A DNA stretch of 59,945 bases, counting the filler, from Asterionella formosa (taxonomy: Eukaryota): the NCBI GenBank assembly GCA_002256025.1. It is 13 parts of 13 records of this genome, joined end to end, with 100 filler letters (N's around TTAATTAATTAA, not from the genome) between each part and the next. Parts side by side here need not be neighbours in the genome. Positions count along the whole stretch, not along the records: positions 1 to 4,532 come from NKIB01013473.1; positions 4,633 to 9,160 come from NKIB01013474.1; positions 9,261 to 13,785 come from NKIB01013475.1; 10 more parts are not named here. One strand, written 5' to 3'. Under the pieces are notes generated by a model. The model saw only the letters and a program-made list of their open reading frames with translations, was not told the DNA's origin and ran no database searches. A program made the translations under genes and the position numbers. This document shows, piece after piece, positions 1-12,699 of the stretch (position 1 is its first letter; each line of letters starts with the position of its first letter).

Positions 1-742
1 AACTGATTGCTGGTTGATTCAGTTGATGAAGACAAGTTCCTTTTGGTTTGGAAGTGCTAGTGGTAAGTGCCACATATTTGTTGAGTATTCCCAATATCCT
101 CATTGTCAATGTTATCAGTGCCCCTATCAATCATCAATGGGCATCAATGATGTTTGTCATTTAAAAAGTGTAGGACAATACATGCAATCACATTTGAACA
201 TATACCTGATACTGATGTTTGGATTTTTTATGAATATGAGATGATGGATACCATGCCATTACTGCCTCTTTGGGTACAAGAAATCCAAACTGGAAACTTG
301 GATCAGCAAAGATGGTTTCATTTAAAAACTAGCTTTGCTATCTCTCCAATTCCCATTTTTTTAACCATTTTCGGCCAGCGTAAACTATTTTTTGAAAAAA
401 AATTAATTATCCAAACTTAAGCTCTTCACTGAAGTTGAAATTGATTGGGCTGATGCGAAGCAAACTGTTGTAAATTTCAATGTAGAATTTCTTGACCAAT
501 CCGAGGAGTTGGATTTAGTGCCTGTGTTGCACCCATCTAAGCTTCAGCAAATCGCTATGCTGGCCATCAACAAATGAAGAGCTCTATCATGATCCTGTTA
601 GCTGATTGATCTATATGGATTACACATGACAGAAATTTTGTTGCACATACACTATTGCCATTTGTCCAAACAAAAAATCATGGACTGTGTTGATATGACC
701 ATAGACTGCAGTGTTCTTGATTCTGAACAAGAACATAATTTG

Positions 743-3096
743 TTATTTCGTACCAATGTTACTTGTCATGAGTCTCAAAACATCAACTTTTGGGAGAATT
801 TCTTTCTTACAACTTTTCTTCCTTGGCAGTCGGCGGGATCTGGATGCGAAGTCTGCTCCAATTACAGCATTACGCCACAGGAAGAGCCCCACCCTTCCTT
901 CTGCATCCCTCGTCTGGGAGGGCCCTGAAGCCACTAACTCATGTGGAAATTCAGCTCCAGGAACAGTGGCATCAACTTGAGAATACCGTTTTGCTTCCAC
1001 TCTTTCTACCTCTTCCAAGAATTTGACGTCCCGATCAAATTTTGTCTTCGCCTCCTTCCAAATTTCCTTGGAGCTTTTACGAGAATCTTCCAGAGCTTTT
1101 TGCTTGCCGCCCTTCATCGTGCCACGGCAATTGACTGTACCACACCGGCAAACGAACTTGTCTCCATCTTTCGTATCAAACTGGTAATCATAGCTAAGGA
1201 ACTCTCCGGGAGCAATGTCAAACAAGGCAAATATTCCAACTCTTGCAAATCCATTGACATTCATCTGAGCAAGATGACAATTTGGATCGCACGAGTGATT
1301 GATGAATCGACTCAAGTTGGCTTCCAGTCGGGCGTCAATGTACCAACCGGACTCGAGCTGCATAATGTAGAAGTTAGGATCCGAAGGGTGTTCTTTCGAC
1401 CATTCGACGAGTCGCTTTTCCTTAGTTGCTTCATCAATAACTTCGCCCACATATTCTTGTACAAGCTCTCCCTTTTTGATTCCGTTGATGGACACGAGAC
1501 CCCAACCTTTTCCCTGCTCGCGTTTTGGCTTGCATTTGGAAAAAGTGCGCTGACCAATCTGTCGATTACCACAATTCGGTCCCGCGTCACAATTCCAATA
1601 GCTATTCTTCTCTCCATTTCCCTTATCCTTGTCACCCACACATTCCAACATGACCATTCGATTTAGGCAATTGTCATCGCATATTCTCGCTCCACTCTTG
1701 TGACACTCGCACGATTCCCCAGTTGCAGGCTTTCGTTTCGGCTTTTTTGATGGATGGTAGCGCAATGATTGAATATGCTTGTAATGTGGAGGTTTGGCAC
1801 ATACCTCTTCTTTGAAGTCACATGGTAAGCAAAAGTGTAAGGTCACACAATAGGCCTCGGATGCACTTGTCATCTGTGCATCCAGTTCATCGAGAAGCTT
1901 TCGTTCTTCTGCCGTGATCCCGTCACCTCGCAAACCTGGGAAGAACGGATTGACACTATCATCGTTGAGGTCGTTGGCTCGTGATTTCTTTCCCTTTGTT
2001 ACCGTACTAAGTATTTTCTCGTATTTCTTGTCTATTTCAGCTTCGACCCGACATTGCATAGAAGTTGCCATGTCGAGCTCTGGAAGCTTGTGACTCGATG
2101 AATGATCGTGACATAGCAAGGCGAGTTCATGAAAGCGACATGATGGAGGAATGCACGAGGCATGGTACGCAGTCGGACATTCCAGGCATCGCTGAATAGC
2201 ATAACGAAGAGTGAGAATGCTAGTTTACTATTGCCAACCGCATAATTTTGTATTTTGCTTGCACTTACGAATAAGAGGCCGTCCTTTTTTGAGAGGAAGT
2301 TTCCCTTTGAATTTGCTTGCTTTCTTCGCTTGCCTCGGTTTTTGGTAGATTTTCCTTTGCCGTTTTCTTCGCCATCTTCCGGAATGTAGTCTTCTGTGCA
2401 GGTCCAGCAGCTGTGAGCTGGACAGATAAATACGGGACGAGTTTTTGCATCTGATTCGTCGTCGTTAGTCGGCGTTATCTCCTTCTGTTCTGCAGAGGCA
2501 TTGTCAATGGCAACCAACCGTACATCAATATTTTGCATTCGTAGACAAGATTCATGGAAAAACATGCCGCATCCCTTTTTGTCGCAAAGAAAGACGTCCT
2601 CGTCGTCGGTGCCATATTCTTGACATAATGCACAGCGGTGCTTTTTGTTCATGCAATCTGAACAAACCCACAAGTCCTCTGATTCGGCAGCATTCGCATT
2701 GATACCGCAACAGTGATTGTGAAATGCACGCTTGCAACTTCCGTCGCAAATCATAAGTACAGCATCGGGATCTTCGGTGCATTCCGCTTCACGACACTCT
2801 TCGCAAATCCAGAGCATCTCGTTGTCAGTACTTGTGGGTTTACGGCGCGTCCTGAGCCGTTCGTCCATCATACCTGATTCGTGAGCAATGGATACCTGCC
2901 GTTTTCGGGTGCTACGTGAGGTGCTACCATTTTCATTTATCACGTCAGGGTCGGCTGTGCCTCCACGGATCCGAAGCGTTTCGAAGCTATGATCGCACGT
3001 GCACTTAGCGGCTTGGTATTCATTAGCAATGGTATCAACTTGTATGTCATCATTCCTTCTCTGGATCGTCGGTTGCACTGAGGATATCATGGTCAT
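743..3096 (-). CDS. NSD/ASH1-like histone-lysine N-methyltransferase (PHD fingers, AWS, SET, post-SET); exons 3096-2269 and 2191-743, about 758 aa
   Basis: PHD motifs (CEEC...CDGSCKRAFHNHC...WVCSDC), AWS cysteines, SET motifs GWGL/EYVGE/RFINHSCDPN/LSYDY and post-SET CRCGTVNCRG. A 77-nt GTAAGT...TTCAG intron (2268-2192) joins the two ORFs in frame and restores RCLECPTAYHASC. The true start may lie further upstream. Confidence 0.9.
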
Positions 3097-4192
3097 CTCG
3101 ATACATTTCCTCTTTCACTCCACAGCCCCTGATGATGGGTACCAAAGTCCCTGATTCGAAAATGCGCCTGCTTGTCGTTTCTTCTCTTGGATATGTATTG
3201 CTACATGCTGGTTCGTCATAAAACTCGATTACATCGCTTACCGGTATTCTTGCCGGACTCTTTTGGTTGGATATTGTGGTGATTTCCGGTATCTCATCAT
3301 ACCGGTAGAATATTGCAGGATTATAAGTAGACTATCGTACCGGCACATACAGGTAGACTCTTCATATCCATCATGAAAAACTATATATCTGTGGTCCTCA
3401 TAACAGTGGTGCCCCTTTTATATTAGACCACCAGAGTTAAATGTACAGAGACTACCAGTACCAGTACAACGGTATAAATGTCTTCAAAAACGGAGGAGTT
3501 GCAAATGTATGTACAGTACAAAACAAGGACTTGCATTTTCCATAGATTTGCCTTTCATTTGTTCAATTTTTGCCTTCCTCTCACAGATGAAATCCTTGAT
3601 AGCATAAAGTCCTGCATGATTTAGGATGTGTTTGGGTAGATTCAGTGACGATTCGTCTCCAGCTAGAACTAGGTGTATTGTCGGTTTTGGAAATGCTTGA
3701 GTAGCTCATTCATGTTAATTGATAGTAGCTATGAATCTGAACCATACAGGAGTCCAGACTGTCAATCTCTTTATAGCACGATGTCATTGATTAGGGGTTG
3801 GCTACTTTTTTGAAATTCTTTGAAACCTCACTGACAGCAAGCACTAGTTGCTTCACCAGATCTTGTTTAATTCCTTCTTTCTATCTCATTGAGATTGCTG
3901 GTATGTTCATTTCAGCAGTTCATATGTGAAAGTTTAATGGTATTCATTTAGGGCATTGTTTTAGAAAATTCTACATTTGAGATGTTGAGGTAGTCTTCAT
4001 TCTCTACCAATGCAATAGCGTCTCTACAAATGGATAGTTTGTCTCCCAGAGTTTTGGAGTTTTGGTTGGCTATTGCGGTACACACTTGTTTCTGTTAACT
4101 CCAGTCATGCCTAGTACTATTTGTTCTGGTCAGCAGTGCTGATTGTTGGATTTCATTTGCTTCACTACTTCACTATCTGCCATTTCATTGCA

Positions 4193-4404
<212 letters not shown>

Positions 4405-4532
4405 TGAGTGCATGTATCTGTCCATTGTTGTTATCAATAACAAAGGTGCAATTATTCTGATGAAAAACTTGAATGAATCACATTGACACTTATTATGACA
4501 ACTAGGGGTGTATTGATTGGGACATGATACTT

Positions 4533-4632
4533 NNNNNNNNNNNNNNNNNNNNNNNNNNNNNNNNNNNNNNNNNNNNTTAATTAATTAANNNNNNNNNNNN
4601 NNNNNNNNNNNNNNNNNNNNNNNNNNNNNNNN
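4533..4632. other. Artificial contig linker N44-TTAATTAATTAA-N44. Also at 9161-9260, 13786-13885, 18411-18510, 23036-23135, 27661-27760, 32280-32379, 36896-36995, 41512-41611, 46126-46225, 50738-50837, 55343-55442
   Basis: Twelve identical 100-nt spacers with stops in all six frames; contig lengths never increase along the window. Confidence 0.99.
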
Positions 4633-4634
4633 AC

Positions 4635-7600
4635 CTTTCAGACGAAGACATCGTTTTCTTTCTTCTCTCACGCTACGGAATTGAAGTCACAGTTGAAGAT
4701 GTCAGAACTAAAGTTATTCGGGGATTGGGCGGAGGTGATGAAGTGGCGGACAGTTGCTTGGACCTAATGGAGATTGTTGCTATATTATTGATTCCCACTT
4801 TACTCAAGGCTGCATCCCCAGAAAAGATTCCCGACAACCTTATAAATCCAAAAGAGGGTTTGATTCAATTTGTTTGGAAGATCATGTTGCATGATACTAC
4901 AGGTACCAGCGAGCCGAAGCCCTTGACGAAGAAACTCATCCAACGAATTCTTATCTCTTACGGAGAATCAGAATTAGCTAGCAACGACCAGCTGGTAAAC
5001 GAAATGTTTGATTCAGCCGTCACCGACGATGGAGATCTTACTTTAGAAGCATTCACCAACGCCCTCACTGACGACATTGGCCTTTACGATATAAGAAGCG
5101 AGGCACGCAGAACAACAAACTACGACGACGTCTTCTTGACTCGAAATCATCACGAAAAATGGCATCCAGACGATGAAGAGAGCGGAGATCTTAACATTGC
5201 GACTCGGCAAGAGCGAAAAAGTATGTCTGTCAAGTTAAAACGGCGCTTCACTGCAGCGCCGATTGATTTTGTTGCGGGTACATATCGAAGCAAGACGTTG
5301 ACAGTTACCTTATTGGCAACATTTATTCTCGTATTCTTTGGTCCCCTCCGCTCCTCGAGCTTTGTTAACACTCAACTTTGTAATGATAGTGACCAAACAA
5401 AAAACTTTGTATACGGGGCAAGCTGGCCTGAAAACGCAAACTCCCTGGCTTGCACATCCGCAAATAGCGTTGCAAAATGGCTGGAAATATTCTTTTTGAT
5501 CAGCTTAATTGGGCTCATTGTTGTTGGTTTGGGGAGCATTGGGAATGACATATCGTGCCGGCGCTTTTACCTTCCCTTAATTGGTATGTTCTTTGTTGGT
5601 GTGTTGGCCACACCCCAGTTAAAAGCGAATAATTCCGCAGATAATTACGTAACTGTCATGGCCCTTTGTCTTGGATCAGTTGCCATGCTGATGCACCTGT
5701 CACATGCAGTGATTCTTCTCATTCCAAAACGCTGGTGGAGAGGCAAATTTCCTCGACTTGAAGCTTTCATGGGGTCTGATGGCATGACGAACATAGTCAT
5801 TATGAAACGAGCAGCAGCGTTTAAAGTCAATTTGCTTACCGAAAATGCATTGAGTTTAATTGTGCCAGAAGGTTCTGATGTTGTCTTGGAAAGTTATTAT
5901 GGGCAAGGAATTCTAGCATTCTCAAAATATGGAAAGAGTTACGAAGATATTGGGTTTGTTGGATTGTTGGAGCGAATCTACAACAGAGCCTTTGATAAAG
6001 AAGGCATATTCATATCTGCACGGCTTTTGTCAGCCAATATATCTCAATATATTGTGGCCATATTTATCTTGATAGCTGGGATCCAGTTGACGAAAACTGT
6101 TGTTCAGGAATACAGCAAGAATGAAGGGAAAGCACAAGCAATTGCATACATAGATATGCTATTCAATAATACAGTTGACGAAGATTTGGTGCGCACAGCA
6201 GTTGCCAATTTAAGCCTTGTTTTTAGTGGGTTCCTTGCGCAGCAGTCCAATCAAGCTTTTTTTGCACAGAACTGTCCATCCGCAAACCTTACAGGAAGCC
6301 CTGAAGAAGCTTGTACATTTGTCAACGGCTTCTACCTATGCAACAATGAAACATTGAGCTTAAACAATTCAAGTGCTTTGTGCTCTCTTGTGGGGTACTC
6401 ATCGAATTCATCAAGTGCAGATGGCCTACTGCAACTCGGGTTACTTGATGCATCAGGCTTGAATACAGAAAGCATATTGGGAATTGCGCGTGAGGCGACG
6501 AATGCTGCAGCCCAAGGTGCAATTGACAGTCTTTACCCAGCTGAACAATACATGATAACGATACCTTTAGTCATTGGGACCATTGCAGCATTTTTGACAG
6601 CTTTGTCTCTGGCTGTCACATACTTGCCATCTGCTACTGCAACTACTTTGAAGCTTAGGAGCGGTGTGATCCCAACATTTCGAGCCCCGAAAGACTTTCA
6701 ACTGTATCGATACGCAACCGACGAAGTTACTGCTTTGACTGGAGGAATGTTTTGGGGTTGTTTTATTGCATCGGTGTTGGTAGGGGCCTTGATTGCAGCG
6801 GTTATATTCATGTTCTTGTGGCAAGCGACGGTGGCCCTTGTCCAGAAGTTTGTTGCCATTGCGATTGGATTCCTAGTTGTCCTTATTGTCAAGTTGATCA
6901 TTATATTGTCGTTGCGGTGCACATTTTATCAAGCCTTTTATCGCCGACGCCCCGCAGGTGCCAACATTGCTGCATTGGCATTCGAATGCGCAAATTTCGC
7001 CTTGTCTGTTGGGTTCGTTTTTCTGCGAATGGTCAGATTTTTGGTCATGGGAGCCGTCTTTGTCGGCAGAATTGACACGCCCTTCCTAGCGGCAGACGTA
7101 GGGAGGTTGGGCAATTTTGAGCTTGATAAGTATCCCAGAATTTTCATGAAGGACATTCTTGCCCAAGAAGCTCACCGTCACCCTTACATCAACTTGCTTG
7201 GTGTGATGTACTTGATGAAGCTTCGCTATGGCGAGCACTTTGGTTGCCGCGCGGGGTCAACGTGGCGACTCATTTTTGTGCATGCGCTCATGCCTTGGCT
7301 TAATAAATACAGGGTACTCACTCGAACGACGAATGCTCGCGAAAATTTAAGTTCGAGAGGCATTGTGTTTCAGTCATTGAGGAAAGTGTTGGAAGAAAAA
7401 ACCGATGACAAGGATGATATGGATTCCATTCCCATACCATTAAGTGCCGCCCTCATAAGGCATTCATCAATGAAACAGCAACGTTCTAACAGAGCATCTT
7501 TGTTGGCAAAGGAAATTGGAGAAGAACGTTTAATAGAGGTCGAAGAAGAAAACGCTTCGCTCAAAATGGAACTTAACGATTTGGAGAGCGAGGTGCAGCG

Positions 7601-7640
7601 ACTGACGATGCTATTCAACAGCAAGGGTGAAAGCTCTTGA
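4635..7640 (+). CDS. 5'-partial multi-pass membrane protein, STRA6/RBP-receptor-like, with degenerate calmodulin/EF-hand-like N-terminal region
   Basis: Frame is open from the contig edge for about 1000 codons. It has many TM helices, a Cys- and N-glycosylation-site-rich luminal loop, a C-terminal 'GRIDTPFL...LD...EAHRHPY...RAGSTWRLIFVHALMPWL' resembling the STRA6 C-terminal signature, and a terminal coiled coil. The family call is by eye. Confidence 0.6.
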   Translation, partial: LSDEDIVFFLLSRYGIEVTVEDVRTKVIRGLGGGDEVADSCLDLMEIVAILLIPTLLKAASPEKIPDNLINPKEGLIQFVWKIMLHDTTGTSEPKPLTKKLIQRILISYGESELASNDQLVNEMFDSAVTDDGDLTLEAFTNALTDDIGLYDIRSEARRTTNYDDVFLTRNHHEKWHPDDEESGDLNIATRQERKSMSVKLKRRFTAAPIDFVAGTYRSKTLTVTLLATFILVFFGPLRSSSFVNTQLCNDSDQTKNFVYGASWPENANSLACTSANSVAKWLEIFFLISLIGLIVVGLGSIGNDISCRRFYLPLIGMFFVGVLATPQLKANNSADNYVTVMALCLGSVAMLMHLSHAVILLIPKRWWRGKFPRLEAFMGSDGMTNIVIMKRAAAFKVNLLTENALSLIVPEGSDVVLESYYGQGILAFSKYGKSYEDIGFVGLLERIYNRAFDKEGIFISARLLSANISQYIVAIFILIAGIQLTKTVVQEYSKNEGKAQAIAYIDMLFNNTVDEDLVRTAVANLSLVFSGFLAQQSNQAFFAQNCPSANLTGSPEEACTFVNGFYLCNNETLSLNNSSALCSLVGYSSNSSSADGLLQLGLLDASGLNTESILGIAREATNAAAQGAIDSLYPAEQYMITIPLVIGTIAAFLTALSLAVTYLPSATATTLKLRSGVIPTFRAPKDFQLYRYATDEVTALTGGMFWGCFIASVLVGALIAAVIFMFLWQATVALVQKFVAIAIGFLVVLIVKLIIILSLRCTFYQAFYRRRPAGANIAALAFECANFALSVGFVFLRMVRFLVMGAVFVGRIDTPFLAADVGRLGNFELDKYPRIFMKDILAQEAHRHPYINLLGVMYLMKLRYGEHFGCRAGSTWRLIFVHALMPWLNKYRVLTRTTNARENLSSRGIVFQSLRKVLEEKTDDKDDMDSIPIPLSAALIRHSSMKQQRSNRASLLAKEIGEERLIEVEEENASLKMELNDLESEVQRLTMLFNSKGESS

Positions 7641-8000
7641 AAGTTTACTGTCTTTAGGAGCAGTATTCATCGACCAAGTGGTGGGTTGGTTGAACCATTT
7701 ACAGATGAAATTCCACAAATGTGAATTCCTTCAATAACTTATCATGACGAGGGAGCAATCAAAATAACAAAAAATAAGATTGATGTTGGATCAAGGTTGT
7801 GTGAATGAATGACGATGGACATGACCACCTAGCACATGGTTGCGAAGTCTTTTATATAGATTGGAAACATAGCTCAATTTCTCCACACAAAGCAGTGCGG
7901 CCGGCACGCAGGATTCTTCGTGGTAAAAAAAGAAAGCTCGAATTTTCAGACATGATTTCATACTTGATATTTACAGCATTTTAAATATTACACCCAGACC

Positions 8001-9160
8001 ATGGCGACGATAGCAGAGGCACCGCTCCAGGTGCCCAAGACTATGGCTGATGCCCTTGATATGGAAAATCCTCTTGAAGCGCTGCTCGCGTTGTCTGAGA
8101 GCTCATCTCAAAAGGCACAAGCGCTTGCGAACGAACTCGCGCACGAGCTCGAGGCATTTTCCATCGAGCTGCCAGACAAGTTCCGCAAAGATTCCGATGA
8201 GGTCGCAACTACAATGGCCAGTGTAGACTCGATTCTCAACTCACTGACAAAAATAGCAACTGGGGGAACGCAGGCGTCGAAAGAGATCAGAACGCTTGAG
8301 CAGGAGAAGAGAGATCTGGAATTGCACGCCCAGGACGTTGAGACTGCTCTCGCTCTGCGAATGAACTCTGATGGAGCGGCGGACGCTCTTAGCAGCCAGA
8401 AGTACGCAATCGCTGCGCAGTGTGTTCATGATTACCTTTTGAACCAAAAGCAAGAACGCCATACGCAGCGAGCTCTGGCATATGCTGGGGAGTACACCGT
8501 GTCTCAAATGGAGACTACTCAACGGGTATTAAAGGATACGCTCTTGCAAAAGTATGAGATCGGGGTTCAGCAAAGAAGCTTGCAGGCCCTGAGCGAATTA
8601 ACTCCCCTTTTGAGTCAGATACAGCTGGAAAAAGAAGCGGTCTCGATGTATCTGCGCTTCTTGCAGTCGTCGTTGGCGAACGAGCTGGATTCGGAATTGA
8701 AGAAACCGATGGCAGACAACCAACTTCCTCCGGACATGCCCTTATCTCGTGCTGCGAAACGACGTCAGGAAGCTGTGCAAGCATCTAGCGCAGCTCCTCC
8801 ATACGTTCAAATGGCCCGTGTATACAACGCGGCTGTTACAGCGCTTCGACACCATTTGCCAATGGTCTCGCACTTTTTGCACAAAGCCGACGGTGATGCT
8901 GCAGTTGTTCAACTTGTGCACATTCAGGTGGAACAGGCTGTCGTTCCTCTCTTTCAGTTTTATGTTTCAGATCGTCAACTCAATGTTGTGGCCCGGACGT
9001 CACAACGCATTTATCAGTTGTTGGAAGAAAAATACGTCGGACGCCTAGACGCAATGAATCAAGAAGTGTCGCTGACACAGGAAATGGACGACTGTGGATT
9101 CCAGGTAGAGATTGGGTCGCTCGCAGATGTGGACGGAGCCATGGAAGAGGCGGCTCTATG
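8001..9160 (+). CDS. COG4: Conserved oligomeric Golgi complex subunit 4, N-terminal part (3'-truncated)
   Basis: N-terminal coiled coil, then 'ALSSQKYAIAAQCVHDYL' and 'LQKYEIGVQQRSLQALSELTPLLSQIQLEKEAVSMYLRFL', matching the COG4 pattern; runs into the linker. Confidence 0.7.
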
Positions 9161-9289
9161 NNNNNNNNNNNNNNNNNNNNNNNNNNNNNNNNNNNNNNNN
9201 NNNNTTAATTAATTAANNNNNNNNNNNNNNNNNNNNNNNNNNNNNNNNNNNNNNNNNNNNTTCTACGATTCTATCATATCTTAAGTGGC

Positions 9290-9475
9290 TACAGAATGTT
9301 CTACAATGCTCTCATCGCAATGATTGTTGGTGCCACTTTCACTTCCACCTCCCCCTCCCCCAATCCAATTCTGAAGGTTGTTGTACTGGTTGCCTTGCCG
9401 TTGTTCCCCTGCTTGATTTGTTCCATTTACTCCTGACAGATCTGAGTTTGCATTCACGTATTTTCCTATTACTAT
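9290..9475. repeat. Dispersed repeat; second diverged copy at about 41338-41511
   Basis: Shared 'acagaatgttctacaatgctctcatcgcaatgattg...caatccaattctgaaggttgttg...gagtttgcattcacg' on two unrelated contigs. Confidence 0.85.
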
Positions 9476-12400
9476 TTAATCCGTTTCGTTGTCCCAATCA
9501 TACTAACAAAGAGAAGCAATTCATTGTTAGATGTTCATAATTTGCTTACACAACAACATTCATTTCGCTTCTATCTTGCTTCACTTACCACAAATTGAGG
9601 AAGTAACTAGGTTCTTCTTGGTAAAGCACCTTGGGGAGAGGCAGGTCTGCACCACCAGTGGCTTAATTCTGAGTCCAAGAGGTGAGAAGGACCAATACCA
9701 GTTGTGACAGACGTAGTGGGTCGGCTAACTTTTGAATCTTTTGTGAATCAAATATATGATGGGATCAAGTGTATCGGGGACAGATTAGTAAAAACTGGAA
9801 TTTGGCCATGATGTACTTTCATAAAGCAAAAGATATGGGCAATTCGATAGACACGGGCAATGGCTGGAGGGTCAATTGGAGCGTACAAGCAATAAGTGGA
9901 TTGTGGCAGATTGTCATTGACAGCTGGTGGATAATCAAAACGGAGCAAGCACTATATGGAAAAATGGAGGAAGAGCAACTGGCAAAGATGACAAAAAAGG
10001 TTGGCGATCAGATTGTACAAGATATCAACAAGATCAAGGGAAAGTGCAAGACGAAGAATAATCTTTCTTCCTCCTTCCAATAGATGTACGCACATGATGC
10101 CACGACCCCATTTATCAAAAATGACAGTGGGTTGAATCAGTAGACTTCTTGGCGTTGAATGCTTGGTATCGCACCACCCGTGATGCAGGATTTATTGATG
10201 GAGCAAGGCGGAGCCAAGCTCCATTATGGAAACATAATCAAGGTCCTCGACGCCATACTAGCTAGGGGTCGAAATAAACAGACGTGAAAGGCAGCGACCA
10301 GCGTTAGAGTCATGTCTACCCAGGCACTAACTAGTGAAACAAATATGACATTGGTCAACAAGTAGCTACTAGCTAGATGAAGAAAATACCAGCGAACTAG
10401 TGGTACAGGATGAAACAAATACTATACAAGTCCTGAACACCACACAGGGATTAAGTTTTCTTCTGCGTAGTAACTGCTGGGATACCCTTCTAAGAAGTTG
10501 GTGATGTTATGAAGTCTCATCTTCTTAGTCTCTTGCTTGGCACTCGTTCTCCTCTTATGCTGTGTATGATCAAATATTGAATACCAGAAGCACCACAACT
10601 GGTGTTCCGAAAGAATTTTCAAAACCCATTTGATATGAATCACTTAACTTCTTGTCCCCGGGTGAAACAAGCCATATTGCATGATGGGAAGTCAATTGAT
10701 GTTGTATGTTTTGATTTTCTTGACGAATCCAACTCTAAGGTCACCACAGAATGTGTCATCTGATTTCGTCAATTTGTGTAAAACACCACAACCAGCCAGT
10801 TTCAGATCCGAATTTCACACTGGCTGGTTGGCAGCTGGTGGATTGATGCCCATTGATACTTATTCACCCAGCCCAATGACTTCCTGCTTGGTTTTCCACT
10901 CATGTTCTTTATTGATAAGACACACACGGTCGAAAAAGGAAAGTACACAATGGCGCCTGTCCTAACAATGTCACTTGGTATATTTAGTACTATCAATGTT
11001 AGAAATAATGTAAATGCATGGCGGCTTTTTCCCCCATTTATGGCATTCATGCTCCTGCTGTTGTTGTTCCTAGTCTAGGAGCCACGCCTTTTAAGGTGAT
11101 TCAAATCAAGCCGCAGTCTGCCTGTCGATGATCCATTTCATTTTGATTGTTTGCTTTCTGATAGTACTACTATGTGATACAGCAAATGATGAACGAAATT
11201 TTTATCAAAGACAGGACGAGTACTAGGATCATGTGGAGACGATCAACATTAATGCAAAACAAACAAAAGGGGAAGGAACATACATCGTCTACAACGCCGA
11301 TTATTGGTACAGCCACCGCAAAAAATCACTTTGGACTGCACCTCCTCATCCAACATCATGGAATCCAATTTATCACCAGTAGATTTTTCACAACTACTAG
11401 TTGAGGACGAGACAGCAGAAGACGAGGTTTCAGATGACGACGCAGTTTTAGATTGGGGATTTAAAAGATTCTAGCCATCAGGGACAGCATGGACAAGAAC
11501 ATTTTCTGGGATGACGGAAACATTCTCGTCAGAGAGTATTGATCTTTCTGAATGCCTTTTTTGGCATTTTATCATCTTTCCCTTCTTGAGCAACAACAAC
11601 CTCACTTGCTACGACAGGTGGGACAACAGGTTGGATTTGCGTGTTTGGAAGATTTCTCAACAGACTTGAGATAAACCAAAGGAGGACCATCCTCCTATCA
11701 TGAGGCAATAGAACTATCTTCGTGCGTATTTGCCGTTCGGATTCGTCACCCTGGTGGTTTTTTTGGAGGCACAGGTTCGATACCAGGTTTGACTGGATGC
11801 CACCGATGAGCCGCAACCAGCACGCACAGTGACATTGCCACTCCTGTTTTCCTTACAGGCAGATTTCTTGGGTTGAACTGCTAATTCAAAAATGAATCAT
11901 CAGTATTTTAATCCTATTTCTTGGTGGTCAAGTCGAATCTCAAGTTGACAGACTTTTTGAATGGACTAGCTAGGAACAGCCAGTGTATAGTAGCAAATGT
12001 GGTGGAGTTGGGGACCACAGCCTCAAGTGCCTTTACAAAGTTCTTTTTCTTGTTGATCAAGGTCTCTTTGTCGTCGATGGTACTATTTATCTCAATGTTG
12101 GGTAATGGTGGCTGGTGTAGGTAATACTGGAACATTAGCTTTTCAATCCTGGGTCCATTACCAGGAGGCCATCCTTCCCCGGACCAACCCGCTATGCAAA
12201 TAAAAACACTTATGTGCAAGGATGGTATTTTCTCACAAATCCTGTTTAAAAAATATTTGTTTCATCTACTCACACATTGTACTTTGCAACAGAAGGTGAA
12301 ATGATGCAGAAATTGAGATCCGCAAAGATGGATGCTTTTATTTTGTTAAATTGCCTACTAGTTGAGGAAGCATCACTGATCTTACTTTTAAGATCTCTAA

Positions 12401-12699
12401 AGCTGAAATCGTATTTTCACTTTTCACTTTGTAATATTGTGAGCTATATGTTAATAGTCTATCTAGTAGTAGGTAGCTAGTCTTGTTCTTTCCTAATTTT
12501 GTCAATAAGTGTCGCATGTCTTTGATTCTCGACTCGTTGGATTCCACATATTTTATCATAATTTGTCATTGTTTTTTATCATATCAGCAATGCGAGAAAT
12601 AAATCACATTGACCTACTATTGTTCTCTACATTCATTTAACATTTCGCTCATCATGCTTTTGAGTACAGCATGAGTGTTCATATGAAAGCAGGCGGAGT

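Noticed and set aside
9480..12600. Genes in the short ORFs of contig 3
   Set aside because: Fragments look like decayed coding DNA, but I could not establish a consistent frame, splice model or motif.
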